32,000 bases of DNA, taken from assembly GCA_021498095.1 (NCBI GenBank), contig JAIZWK010000001.1, positions 3,780,001-3,812,000 on the forward strand. The letters are read 5' to 3'. Shown here piece after piece: positions 7,795 through 17,858 of the stretch (within the stretch, counting starts at the first letter, position 1; the number at the start of each line of letters is the position of its first letter). Source of the stretch: Candidatus Harpocratesius repetitus (GTDB lineage: Archaea > Asgardarchaeota > Lokiarchaeia > Sigyniarchaeales > Promethearchaeaceae). The position numbers and the translations under genes were made by a program. Under the pieces are notes generated by a model, which had not been told where the DNA came from, made no database searches, and saw only the letters and a list, made by a program, of their open reading frames with translations.

Positions 7795-9906
7795 ATGAAA
7801 ACTGAAAAACAAGAAATCAAAACAATTAGAATTGCTTTGGCTGGACAACCAAATGTTGGAAAAAGTGTAATTTTTAATACAATTACTGGTTTAAGTCAAG
7901 TAATTGGAAATTGGCCCGGAAAGACAGTCGCTAAAGCAGAAGGTACTGCAAGATTTCATAATTACATTTTTAAAATCATTGATCTTCCAGGGATTTATTC
8001 ACTTTCAACATATTCTTTGGAAGAAATTGTAAGTAGAGATTATATCCTTAATGAAAAACCGGATTACTTAATCAATGTAATAGATTCAACTCATTTAGAG
8101 CGAAATTTATTTTTTACTCTTCAACTTTCAATGTTAAATGTCCCCATGATAATCTCGTTAAATCAAATAGATTTGCTCGAAGAACGCGGATATAAAATTG
8201 ATTACTCCAAACTTGAAAAAATACTAAAATTCCCCACAATTCCTGCAATAGCAGTCCACAATAGAGGAGTTCACGAGATTTTAGAAAAAATAATTGAAAT
8301 TGAAGAACAAAAAAGAAAAAACAAGGAAAAAGAAGAAAATCAAGACAAAAGTATAAAATATCAAGAAAATATTGAAAAAAAACAAAATCGAGTTAATAAA
8401 ATTGAAGATTTATTTATCAGAAAGAGTAATAAATATGATATTAAACTTGGAAAAGAAATTGAAGAGCAATTAATCAAGATTATTCAAAGATTTCCCTCTG
8501 ATCTTAATAAAGGAAATTACCCATCTAAATTTTTAGCATTAAAATTACTCGAAAATGATGATGAATCCATTCGATATCTACGCGAATTGAATCCTAATTC
8601 AAAAAATATAATAGATCGTTTAATATATTTGGTTGGAGAATTAAGACAAAATTTAGAAGAAATTCATGGAGAACAAATTACTACAATAATTAATGCAGAA
8701 TTTTATAATATTGCATCTCAAATTGTTGAAAATGTTCTAGTAATTGAAAAGCGATCACGAAAAACTAAATGGAGCTATATTTTTGATCATATTACATTGG
8801 GAAATGTTAGTGGTTATATCATTTTCTTTGGATTAATGTTAGGAATATACTTTTTGGTTTTCCGATTTGGAGATTGGATAAGTGGTTTAATGGATACCCT
8901 TTACGAGATCTGGACCCCTAAAGCCGAAAATTGGATGGATCCTTCCTCATGGTGGTATAAAATCATTTGGATTGGAATAATGGGCGGTTTATTTGCAGGA
9001 GTCGGCGGTGTATTACCATATGTTATCCCCTTTTTCTTGATTATTGAAATTTTGCAAGATACTGGATATCTTCCTCGTGCAGCTTATTTGATGGATCGAT
9101 TTATGCATCATATTGGAGTCCATGGAAAAACGATTATCCCAATTCTAATTGGATTTGGATGTAACGTACCTGCTGTATCTGCAGCCATGATTATGGAAAC
9201 AGAGCGGGAAAAGAAACGGGCAATTTTAGTCTCTTCCATGATTCCATGTTCAGCAGTTACAACCATTGTATTGGGTCTTGTTGCAAAGTATATGGGATTT
9301 CTTTGGGCAGTAGTTTTATATATCATTAATTTTGGCGTAATTATACTTATTGGTCGAATCCTTACCCGATTGGATAAATCACATGCAATGGATTCAGAAT
9401 TGATAATTGAATTACATGAATTTAGAACTCCAAATTTTCAAGTTATCTTAAAGCAAACTTGGGCACGAAGTAAAGAATTCGTAGTAATGGCGCTACCTTT
9501 AATTGTTATTTTAGGAATAATTCTTCAAATACTAATGGAATTTAATCTAACTGCACCAATAAACGCAGTTCTATATCCAATTTCGGTTATTATCCTTGGA
9601 CTTCCTGTTGAAGTCGGAGTTTACTTATTTTATGGAGTCTTACGGAAAGAATTGAATTTGGTTCTTCTTGAAATGTTTGTGGCATCCCAAGGGTTGACAA
9701 TGGTCCAATTTATGAATCCACTTCAAATGTTGACATTTACATTGGTAACCATGCTATATATCCCTTGTCTTGCAACAATAATTACTATCAAAAAAGAAAC
9801 AGGGTGGAAATTTGCACTGCAGGTGATGTTTTTAGAATTAGGAATTGCTCTTATATTCGGAGGGATTATGCATGGAATTGGAGCAATAATTAGTATATTA
9901 TTCTGA
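7795..9906 (+). CDS. feoB: Ferrous iron transport protein B
   Basis: G1 GQPNVGKS, GNWPGKTV, G3 DLPG, G4 NQID; membrane domain with GFGCNVPA, SMIPCSA, LYIPCLATI. Confidence 0.97.
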   Translation: MKTEKQEIKTIRIALAGQPNVGKSVIFNTITGLSQVIGNWPGKTVAKAEGTARFHNYIFKIIDLPGIYSLSTYSLEEIVSRDYILNEKPDYLINVIDSTHLERNLFFTLQLSMLNVPMIISLNQIDLLEERGYKIDYSKLEKILKFPTIPAIAVHNRGVHEILEKIIEIEEQKRKNKEKEENQDKSIKYQENIEKKQNRVNKIEDLFIRKSNKYDIKLGKEIEEQLIKIIQRFPSDLNKGNYPSKFLALKLLENDDESIRYLRELNPNSKNIIDRLIYLVGELRQNLEEIHGEQITTIINAEFYNIASQIVENVLVIEKRSRKTKWSYIFDHITLGNVSGYIIFFGLMLGIYFLVFRFGDWISGLMDTLYEIWTPKAENWMDPSSWWYKIIWIGIMGGLFAGVGGVLPYVIPFFLIIEILQDTGYLPRAAYLMDRFMHHIGVHGKTIIPILIGFGCNVPAVSAAMIMETEREKKRAILVSSMIPCSAVTTIVLGLVAKYMGFLWAVVLYIINFGVIILIGRILTRLDKSHAMDSELIIELHEFRTPNFQVILKQTWARSKEFVVMALPLIVILGIILQILMEFNLTAPINAVLYPISVIILGLPVEVGVYLFYGVLRKELNLVLLEMFVASQGLTMVQFMNPLQMLTFTLVTMLYIPCLATIITIKKETGWKFALQVMFLELGIALIFGGIMHGIGAIISILF

Positions 9907-10019
9907 GTACTTAATCTTTTTTTGCAAAATATCCAGATTAAAGATCTAACAGAATTTTAAGATTTTTTTTCTCTATATCATTATTTTTCATCTTATTCTA
10001 TTAATTATCTTTTAATCTT

Positions 10020-10847
10020 TCAATTCATCAAATTTTCGTTTACTTCAACAAAGAAAGATTGAATTGCTTCTAATATCGCATTTTTTTCAACATCCAACGG
10101 CATTGTATGACCAGAACGGTTAAACCAGCGAATTTGTACAGGTCCAGATACATTTCTTTCGATGAGATGAGCAACTGATGGAAGAATAGTATCATCTAAT
10201 TCAGAATGGCACTCTAATAGAGGACATTGAATTTGAGATAAATTTTTTCGCACCACATCACCCAAACGTCTTAATTCTCGAGCAGATCTTATACTACGGA
10301 AAGAATATCCTTCATTGAAAAAAGAAGTTTCTTCTTCGTCTTTATCAAATATATTAAATCCGCCCAGTAGTCGAATAAAAAGCCTACTCTGCCAAACAAG
10401 CTTAATGGCAGGTGCAGTAACGGCGCAAGCTTCAACCAACTGTTCTTCAGCCATTAACATAGCAAGCGCGCCCCCCATTGATTGCCCATAAATAAAAACG
10501 TGATCATAAGATTTACGAGCCATTTCTATTTCAAATTTAACTGCCCTTATCCAATCGGTATATTTTACTTCAGAAAATATTTTTTTTGCGAAATTTAAAT
10601 CCTTTATACCATGTCCCGGTAATAATGGAACGGAAGCAGCAAAACCTTTACTTTGAACCGCCTTAGCAATTGGAATTGCTTCATAGGGACTAGCTCTCCA
10701 ACCATGAAGACATATTACTAAAGTATTTCGAGTTGATTCAGGAAATAAAAGCGGTTTTGAATAAGGAAGTAGAACGGATTCAGGAGGAATAGAATCAGGG
10801 TTAAGTGCAGAAAACCCATTTTCCCATTTGATGTTTGTGAGATCCAT
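10020..10847 (-). CDS. Alpha/beta-hydrolase carboxylesterase (Est30/YvaK-like)
   Basis: LHGW oxyanion motif, LLPGHG, nucleophile GQSMGG, acid residue in HSELD, catalytic His in SGHTM. Confidence 0.88.
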   Translation of the reverse strand: MDLTNIKWENGFSALNPDSIPPESVLLPYSKPLLFPESTRNTLVICLHGWRASPYEAIPIAKAVQSKGFAASVPLLPGHGIKDLNFAKKIFSEVKYTDWIRAVKFEIEMARKSYDHVFIYGQSMGGALAMLMAEEQLVEACAVTAPAIKLVWQSRLFIRLLGGFNIFDKDEEETSFFNEGYSFRSIRSARELRRLGDVVRKNLSQIQCPLLECHSELDDTILPSVAHLIERNVSGPVQIRWFNRSGHTMPLDVEKNAILEAIQSFFVEVNENLMN

Positions 10848-10914
10848 AAGTTGCTTATTTTTTAGGCAAATGAACTAAAAAGTGTTTTCTTTCTTTTCTC
10901 AAAAGAAGAATGGG

Positions 10915-11841
10915 CTATTTCATCGATGTTTCCATAAGAGCGAATAATTCTTTTGGAGGAATTTGAAAAATAGGAACATCAGAAAATTCACTCTGAAGAG
11001 ATATTTCAGTAAACAAGGGAAAACGCAATAAAAAAGAAGAATTTTTCATAGAAATTGATTTTGCAATATTACGAAGTAATTTTTTTTTGCAAAAAAAAAG
11101 TGTACGTAAAAATTCAATAAATAAAGAGCGATTTGCATAATAATTTGATTCTGGATTGAAATTTTCTTTAGGAGAAAGTCTTAGAAGAACGGTAGGAACA
11201 TCAGGTAATGGATAATAAGCAGATTTGGGAATATCTTCTAAAATTTCGATATCGAAATATACATTTGCTAACGCAGAAATAAAAGTATAATGCGATTGTC
11301 CTGGTTGAGCACATAAATGTTGCTGAAATTCACGCTGAACGATTAATACATATAGATCTAAAGGTTGTTCTCTTATACATCGCAAAATAAATGGAATTGA
11401 TATGCCAAAAGGCACATTTGATATGAGTTTATTCACTTTGGGAAAAGGAATTGAGAGAAAATCACCTTGAATTAAATTAACTTTTGCTTTTTCTGGAATT
11501 GAACCTAAAAAGGAGATATTTCGTAAATCATGTTTAAAAATAGAAATATCAAGGATTTTATGAGAAAGAAGTGAAAAATGTGAATATAAGTATGAGATAC
11601 ACTTTGGATCTCGATCGATTAAGAAAATAGTTCTTGATTTGTTTAAAAGAAGATCAGAAAATGCACCAAATCCGGGACCAACTTCAAGTACTCGATCTTG
11701 GTTAGGGAATAAATTAAGTGCATCAACCGCTCTTTTACATACTTGATAATTTATGATGAAAATTTGTCCAAACTTTTTTTCAGGAATAAAATGCAGTTTT
11801 TGAAAGAGTTTTTTCAAAGATCGGGATGAATATATTGGCAT
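10915..11841 (-). CDS. ksgA: 16S rRNA adenine dimethyltransferase KsgA/Dim1
   Basis: KKFGQIFI, VLEVGPGFG (SAM-binding), GDF, ISNVPFGIS, LYVLIVQREF, FDIEILEDIPKSAYYPLPDV. Native start taken as ATG 11841 because the track start (11910) lies inside the IS. Confidence 0.88.
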   Translation of the reverse strand: MPIYSSRSLKKLFQKLHFIPEKKFGQIFIINYQVCKRAVDALNLFPNQDRVLEVGPGFGAFSDLLLNKSRTIFLIDRDPKCISYLYSHFSLLSHKILDISIFKHDLRNISFLGSIPEKAKVNLIQGDFLSIPFPKVNKLISNVPFGISIPFILRCIREQPLDLYVLIVQREFQQHLCAQPGQSHYTFISALANVYFDIEILEDIPKSAYYPLPDVPTVLLRLSPKENFNPESNYYANRSLFIEFLRTLFFCKKKLLRNIAKSISMKNSSFLLRFPLFTEISLQSEFSDVPIFQIPPKELFALMETSMK

Positions 11842-11853
11842 AATTAATAGCTC

Positions 11854-11860
11854 ACTGTAA
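11854..11860. repeat. Left target-site duplication ACTGTAA
   Basis: Identical 7-mer directly outside both TIRs. Confidence 0.9.
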
Positions 11861-13343
11861 CTTGAGTTTGTCAAAATAAAATAAATTTCTTCATATTTGA
11901 TTTTTTGCATCGTTTTATCACGACAAAAATTGCTTGCTTAAAAAAGTAACCTTTAAATCTAAGGAACTCTTTGTTTAAATAAGCATGAAAACCTTGGGCT
12001 TCTACGACTTACCACACCAATTTCTAAAGAATATACTCCAAAATACCGTCCATCAAAGTCCTAATATGAATTACTTGATAGAACGTCTAATTACAGGTAT
12101 TTTGGGTCAAGAAAAGCCTTCAGCTCGCAAGATCCATCAGGAACTTGTGGTTGGCGAAAGTTTGAAAACGTTTTATCGCCAGATTCATCACTTAGCTGCT
12201 CAAATGCCCTTTCTTTTCTCCAATATAATCAAATCACTCCAAAATGGGTCTGATATTCCAATGAAAGTGGATGGAGTGTTGAGCATCGATGAACACTTAA
12301 TTCCCCACACGAGCCCAAAGATGGAAGGGGTGGATTATTTCCACTCTTCTTCTTCAAATGGGAAAATTTTGGCGCATTCGATCATCTCAACTCATTATTT
12401 TCGACGGGGGATTGAGTATCCTGTCTCGTTCCAGTTTTATCGGCGTGAGCGCGAGCTAGAAAAATGGGGTGAAATAGAAAGTTATCACAAAAAAAATGAC
12501 ATTGCCCAAGAGGAACTTGAAAAAATTTGTAAAATGGCCAATTCGCCCAAATATGTCCTTATGGATTCCTATTTTATGACAAAAGAAAATTGTCGATTGC
12601 TCCAAAATTATAAAAAAACATATATTTCTCGCCCAAAACGCAATTGGAAAGGGACATTGGGCCACAAACGCCAAAGCTTGACTGAAATATTTGAAGGGAT
12701 TCCTGACAGAGAATTTCAACAAACATGCATTCGAAATTCAAAAATAGGGTCGAAGAAATATTATTTAACAGCGAGTCGGAACATCTTTTTTCCCAAAATC
12801 GGAAACCATCAAGTAATTTTCGTTAAAATCTTGTCAGATACAGTACGATCGCCTGATCTCTTTCAAAATGTCGAAGAAACTGTAGATTCTCGTGGTTACG
12901 CTTTTCGGGTGTTTATTACCAATAATCTAGAGATGTCCGTAGAACGAGCACTCTCTTTATACAGCCTTCGGTGGACAATTGAGACCGGTTACCGAGATAT
13001 GAGCCAAAATTTAGGCCTTCATGGATGCATATGGCAAAATCTGAGCGGACAATACTGCTTTATTGGTCTGTCATTTCTGTGCTATATCTTTTTGATGTGG
13101 GCTCGGCATCGCGGTGCGTTTTCTCATTATGGTTTAGATTTACGAACGATAGGGCAACTACGAATGGCTTTTCGTCATTATTTACAAAGAGAATTTGCGG
13201 AATGGCTGGAGAAGATCCATCTTCAGTGTCAAGACTGCAAAATGGCAAATTGGTTATATCAGCATGTATTTGTAGGAAGTTGAGGACAAAATACCGCATA
13301 AAGAAGAAAAGAAACAAATTTAAGTATTAATGACAAACTCAAG
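11861..13343 (+). mobile_element. Complete insertion sequence (1483 bp), IS4-superfamily/IS701-like DDE type
   Basis: Perfect 13-bp terminal inverted repeats CTTGAGTTTGTCA (11861-11873) and TGACAAACTCAAG (13331-13343). Flanked by direct repeat ACTGTAA (11854-11860 and 13344-13350). Encloses one intact transposase. Confidence 0.95.
11985..13283 (+). CDS. DDE transposase (IS701/IS4-like)
   Basis: LSIDEH (D1), VLMDSYF (D2), YSLRWTIETGYRDMSQNLGL (Y-R-E catalytic motif). Confidence 0.93.
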   Translation: MKTLGFYDLPHQFLKNILQNTVHQSPNMNYLIERLITGILGQEKPSARKIHQELVVGESLKTFYRQIHHLAAQMPFLFSNIIKSLQNGSDIPMKVDGVLSIDEHLIPHTSPKMEGVDYFHSSSSNGKILAHSIISTHYFRRGIEYPVSFQFYRRERELEKWGEIESYHKKNDIAQEELEKICKMANSPKYVLMDSYFMTKENCRLLQNYKKTYISRPKRNWKGTLGHKRQSLTEIFEGIPDREFQQTCIRNSKIGSKKYYLTASRNIFFPKIGNHQVIFVKILSDTVRSPDLFQNVEETVDSRGYAFRVFITNNLEMSVERALSLYSLRWTIETGYRDMSQNLGLHGCIWQNLSGQYCFIGLSFLCYIFLMWARHRGAFSHYGLDLRTIGQLRMAFRHYLQREFAEWLEKIHLQCQDCKMANWLYQHVFVGS

Positions 13344-13350
13344 ACTGTAA
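13344..13350. repeat. Right target-site duplication ACTGTAA
   Basis: Identical to 11854-11860. Confidence 0.9.
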
Positions 13351-13359
13351 TAATCATTG

Positions 13360-14334
13360 TTATAATTTAATATTGCAACCTGCCGATTTCAAATTTTCGA
13401 ACCATTCTATCCAATCATGAGTTAACTCTAATGGATTATTCTGTATCCAGAGGGTTCTTAATTGATTTAAGTCTTTTAATGAAATGGGTAAAAATTTGAG
13501 GTGATTATTGGCGAGAGTTAAAAATTTTAAAGAGTAAAGATTACCCATTTGATCCGGTAAAGATTCCAATCGATTGGAAATTAAATTGCATTCTTCCAGT
13601 AGAGTTAATTGAGTAAAACTTGAAGGTAGTTCTGTTAGACTATTTTTAAAACAGGAGAATTCAACCAATTTAGAAAGTTCGCCGATAGAATCAGGTAATA
13701 TATGAAGCTTATTATTACCCAAAGTAAGGTGCTCGAGATTTTTCAGATTTCCGAGCTCTTCTGGAAGGTTTTGAATGTAATTATTGAATAGTATTAACTC
13801 AGATAATGATTTCTTTTCAAAAATCCAAGCAGGAATCTGGTTCAATTTAAGATCATTTAACGCAATACTACAAAGTTTGGGTATATTTTGAATAAGATCG
13901 GGAATATTTTTCCATGAATTTCCACCTATTTTCAAAGTTTTAAGTTTTGGTAATTCTAAAATACAAGCAGGAAATTCAATAAAGCTATTTTTTGCAAGAT
14001 TCAAGAATTCAAGATGATGAAGTTGTGATATATCTTCAGGAATTACTTGAATATCATTATTTGATATATCCAAATGAGTTAATTGTGAAAAAGACATTAC
14101 ATCTTTCGGGAACAATTTTAAAGATTGATGCTGTAATTCCAAAGCTACAATGTGATTATTGACAATCTTTACTCCAAAATGATGAAAATTAAATCGATCT
14201 ACCCGGGGAATAGGAGTTCCAATTTCTGATATAATTCGTACCAAAGCGTCTTTTTCAGAATCAATTAAATCGCTAAAATCACTTTTCATTGAAGGTATGT
14301 CATCCATAATTTCATTTACATTTAGTCTTACCAA
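13360..14334 (-). CDS. Leucine-rich repeat protein
   Basis: About 10 tandem LxxLxLxxNxLxxLP repeats (e.g. LTHLDISNNDIQVIP, LEHLTLGNNKLHILP). Start uncertain (TTG 14334 or a downstream ATG). Confidence 0.92.
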   Translation of the reverse strand: MVRLNVNEIMDDIPSMKSDFSDLIDSEKDALVRIISEIGTPIPRVDRFNFHHFGVKIVNNHIVALELQHQSLKLFPKDVMSFSQLTHLDISNNDIQVIPEDISQLHHLEFLNLAKNSFIEFPACILELPKLKTLKIGGNSWKNIPDLIQNIPKLCSIALNDLKLNQIPAWIFEKKSLSELILFNNYIQNLPEELGNLKNLEHLTLGNNKLHILPDSIGELSKLVEFSCFKNSLTELPSSFTQLTLLEECNLISNRLESLPDQMGNLYSLKFLTLANNHLKFLPISLKDLNQLRTLWIQNNPLELTHDWIEWFENLKSAGCNIKL

Positions 14335-14668
14335 TTATTATTACTTATGCAATGATGGAATTCTAAGATCTGATCTTATTAATCTATATTTCTAAGCACA
14401 TTTTTTTTAGAAGTTAAATGAAAAACATTTAAATAGGTAAAGTGTTCGTTTTTAAATAACAGTGTAAGAAGTAATATTTTTAGTAAATTTTCGAATTCTC
14501 TAATGAAATTGAATCAGTGAACAAGAAAAAAAAGAGAAAAATTTTACAAAATTTCGACAAAAAATGTTGAAAAATAACCTTTAAATCTTGGTTGTCCTTT
14601 TTGTTCATATTGGATCGCATGATTTGAATATCATTGAGAAGATCGAGAATTCCGTGGGCTGACTGACA

Positions 14669-15169
14669 GTGGAAATGGAGATAAATCTGAATATGAATCT
14701 GAATGGGAATGAAATAATCCCGCAAAGCCTTGAACAAATGATTGATGAGGCTATAGAGCAGGATTTTGTCGAAGTAAAAGCCATTTCAGAGGAAGATCGG
14801 AATAATGAAATGTATAAAGCCATGATGTTTTCATTCGATTCAGCCCATGTCGAGGTATTGTATGAAAGAAAAGTGGTTAGTGAGGATAAACTCTCATTAG
14901 TTATCCCGCATGAACAATTTCTATTTGGATTTCGCCCAACTGATGGCCTTTGCATATTTTCAAATAAAGAAGCACATAAAGAAATGTTGTGTGATGGTCC
15001 TGTACGGGAATTAGCGCGCCAATGCCCATTAACCCAATCTTTGCAATATATTTTAGTACCCCTTAATAATTTTCAAGTATGGTCATATATTCCAGTTTGC
15101 TGCTCAAATGAAGATTCTTGCCCGTTGAAAACTCGACCATTCAATTATCGTAGAGATTTATTTAATTAA
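14669..15169 (+). CDS. Hypothetical protein with Cys-rich C-terminal half
   Basis: 166-codon ORF between known genes with protein-like composition. Cys at LCIF, MLCD, QCPL, VCC, SCP. Start GTG 14669 or ATG 14675. Confidence 0.6.
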   Translation: MEMEINLNMNLNGNEIIPQSLEQMIDEAIEQDFVEVKAISEEDRNNEMYKAMMFSFDSAHVEVLYERKVVSEDKLSLVIPHEQFLFGFRPTDGLCIFSNKEAHKEMLCDGPVRELARQCPLTQSLQYILVPLNNFQVWSYIPVCCSNEDSCPLKTRPFNYRRDLFN

Positions 15170-15225
15170 AAATAGAATCTTTGAAATTGAATTAAATTTT
15201 AAAAAATCTTCATCATTATTTATTA

Positions 15226-16932
15226 TTAGCAGTTCATTGCGCGTTCTAATTGTGATTTTAACCAATTTGGTGATATATGATGAATTATCTTATTCCACGG
15301 TCGTTTTCCAAAAGGTAATTTTTGTAAGGTATGAAGATAATCGATTATTTGAGTTTGCCATACATTTTTAGGATCTGTACAATAGCGATACCATTGTTTT
15401 GGCTTCATTCCTTGATAATAACATTCTTCTATTAATGATGCAAAGTGTTCATTGCCCAAAGCGAGTACCATTTGCAAATAAGCTTCCCAAAGAGGCATAA
15501 AATCGAATTCAATCCAGGGATTTTTTTGGAGGGCTTTTTTTATATGTTTTATTTTCTTCTTTAAATTCGGCATTGACGGATCAAAATATTCTTCAAAAGC
15601 TACCTCCAATGGCGTATGTGCTTTAGGAATAAATGGATTAATGCTAAGTTTGATACCTCTTTTCCCAAAATTCATCTTCGCTAATTTTTCGACCAACATA
15701 ATTAATTCATCAATATCTTCTGGACTTTCGAATGGAAATCCTATAATTAAGTATATTTTAAGTGCTTTAATTTTCGCATCATGCAGATAAATTACTCCTT
15801 GAAGAATTTCTTTATTGGTGAGGTGTTTATTCAACTGTTTCCGCAAACGATCAGAACCTGTTTCAGGAGCAATGGTGACTGTTTTCATACCTCCCTTTCT
15901 AAGGATTTCTGCCATTTTTGGCGTTAATTTATCCACACGGATCGAAGGAACATTCAACCGCAATCCTTGTTGAAGAATGAATTCAGCCAAATCAATAAAA
16001 TTCTGATGATCTGTTACTGATGATCCTATCAATGCAATTCGTTCACAATCTGTAAGTTTTATACCAGATAAAATAATTTCTTTAAGGTTTTCTAAACTTC
16101 GATAACGATACGGTTTGACTTGGTTTCCAGTCATACAAAATCGGCAAATATGGGGACAACCACGCGCCACTTCCAAAAAGAAAGAATCATTAAAAGCAAT
16201 ATTTGAATTTAAAGATTGATTAACCGAATCAACTTTAAGTTTAATTTGAGCTAGTGGATGGGGTGTTCGATCTAATTCATAAGCAATGACATGATTAATG
16301 GTTTTTTCATGCATTTCAAAAAAGGGATCGCCTGGTAGCCAAAATCCTGCAATATTTGCCAAATCTTTGAAAAAAGCTGTTTTTATAGCTTGAAAATCCC
16401 TCAATTCAGGATTATCATAGTTACTTAACCAAGCTTCAATAAACTGTGCATTTACAGGTTCGATTTCTCCAACAAAGATTGCATCCATAAAATCCAAAAT
16501 AGGTAGAGGATTTGCCCGAATGATTGCTCCCCCAGCAATAATTACAGGGTATGAATCTGAAGAAATATTATCTATACTTTTTTTTTTCTCTCGATCATTT
16601 CTATAGAAAGGGATTCCAGCATTCTCTAAGAACCATAAGATGTGAGGATAATCTAATTCATAAGAAAGTGTAAAAGCAATTAGATCAAATGCTTCTAAAG
16701 GCATCTTATTTTCTAAAGAAAGCACATTTTGAAATAAATGACCACGAGGTAATGGTATTTTTGAATCAGGAAGAAAAAAACGTTCACAGATTATCCGTTC
16801 ATGTTCATTCCAGAGTGAATATAGCGTTTGTACAGTTAAACCAGCCATAGCAGAATAGCGATTAGGATAAACTAACGCGATTTTAAACATGCCTTCTTTC
16901 CATGGTTTTATTATGACATTTTTTTCTTGCAT
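15226..16932 (-). CDS. B12-binding-domain radical SAM protein (TIGR03960-like)
   Basis: IALVYPNRYSAM N-terminus, FTLSYELD, IIAGG, LEVARGCPHICRFC (CxxxCxxC), IAPETGS, PFIPKAHTP. Confidence 0.88.
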   Translation of the reverse strand: MQEKNVIIKPWKEGMFKIALVYPNRYSAMAGLTVQTLYSLWNEHERIICERFFLPDSKIPLPRGHLFQNVLSLENKMPLEAFDLIAFTLSYELDYPHILWFLENAGIPFYRNDREKKKSIDNISSDSYPVIIAGGAIIRANPLPILDFMDAIFVGEIEPVNAQFIEAWLSNYDNPELRDFQAIKTAFFKDLANIAGFWLPGDPFFEMHEKTINHVIAYELDRTPHPLAQIKLKVDSVNQSLNSNIAFNDSFFLEVARGCPHICRFCMTGNQVKPYRYRSLENLKEIILSGIKLTDCERIALIGSSVTDHQNFIDLAEFILQQGLRLNVPSIRVDKLTPKMAEILRKGGMKTVTIAPETGSDRLRKQLNKHLTNKEILQGVIYLHDAKIKALKIYLIIGFPFESPEDIDELIMLVEKLAKMNFGKRGIKLSINPFIPKAHTPLEVAFEEYFDPSMPNLKKKIKHIKKALQKNPWIEFDFMPLWEAYLQMVLALGNEHFASLIEECYYQGMKPKQWYRYCTDPKNVWQTQIIDYLHTLQKLPFGKRPWNKIIHHISPNWLKSQLERAMNC

Positions 16933-17485
16933 GATCCATTCATTCCTTTCACTCCACTCTCAATCTCAACAAGAAACGATATATTAACGATATATTTTTA
17001 ATTCTTGCATAAATAATCCATAACTTCACGCAGATAAATCACTTATCTTTATTTTGAAAAAATTATCAAATTATTAATCAATGATAATTTCACTTTTATC
17101 TTGAAATAGCGAATTTTAAAAGAAAATTTGGAATTGTTCTAATTTTGGGCTAAAAATCATGTGGATTTTCTAATCTTTTATTAAAATATTGAAATTATTT
17201 CAATCTTTAAATATTGAAACACATTTAAACAAAAATTAGAAATTTTTATCCAATATTCTAAAAAACGAGAGTTTAAAGCCGATTTATTATTTTATGGAAT
17301 GAGTATTAGAAGAATTATTTTTTGTATCTGGTAAAGTGAAATTAATTGAATATAATTGAATGTATTTGTAATTAAAAGAAATTGAATATATTCGAAATTA
17401 AAAGTATGCAAGTCACTGATCCAGATCAGATCTCAGTATTCTCTATGCTTAATATATACATCAGATAACATTCCTTGTTGATATT

Positions 17486-17800
17486 ATGAATCCAATCCGT
17501 TTCGATGATGAAGTCGATTACTACCTTACATTATTAGATAAATTTGAAACGAGTGTTTGCCAAAATAAAATAGACCTCGATACATTTTTCGCAAAAGAAA
17601 TCATAGATATCATGCTAGAATTAAAGCAGGAACGAGACAATATTCCACTAATGCTTAATATCACAAAAAACATGTTACTAATTCTTTTATCATTCTATCA
17701 TGAACAGCGAAATTTCAATAAATTTACATCATTTTGCGAATTAGAAGATTGTGATAAAGAACTAGTTAGAAGCAGATTTATCCCACTTATTTCAAATTAA
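17486..17800 (+). CDS. Hypothetical protein
   Basis: 104-aa ATG-started ORF filling an intergenic gap; no recognised motif. Confidence 0.55.
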   Translation: MNPIRFDDEVDYYLTLLDKFETSVCQNKIDLDTFFAKEIIDIMLELKQERDNIPLMLNITKNMLLILLSFYHEQRNFNKFTSFCELEDCDKELVRSRFIPLISN

Positions 17801-17858
17801 ATGATATAACAAGTATTGATATTGATATATTAATGATAATATAAGTTAGTGTTAAAAT

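Noticed and set aside
7615-7848. 77-aa minus-strand ORF between feoA and feoB (possible FeoC or antisense gene)
   Set aside because: Wrong strand for the operon, F/L/S-rich composition typical of AT-rich antisense frames, no wHTH or Cys motif.
9904-9960. UGA stops of feoB (also DUF4130 and the transposase) as possible Sec readthrough
   Set aside because: The proteins are already complete, the downstream sequence is T-rich and non-coding-like, and no SECIS-like fold is visible.
11842-11910. ORF-track start of ksgA at 11910
   Set aside because: Most of this segment lies in the IS end and TSD, so it cannot be the ancestral N-terminus; kept only as a possible IS-derived extension.
14588-14668. 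In-frame TGA (14660-14662) upstream of the 14669 ORF as a possible second Sec codon
   Set aside because: No in-frame ATG upstream, no redox-motif context, and no SECIS-like hairpin after the stop at 15169.
17416-17429. Palindrome CTGATC-CA-GATCAG upstream of the 17486 ORF
   Set aside because: Single occurrence with no linked regulator or second copy; chance cannot be excluded.
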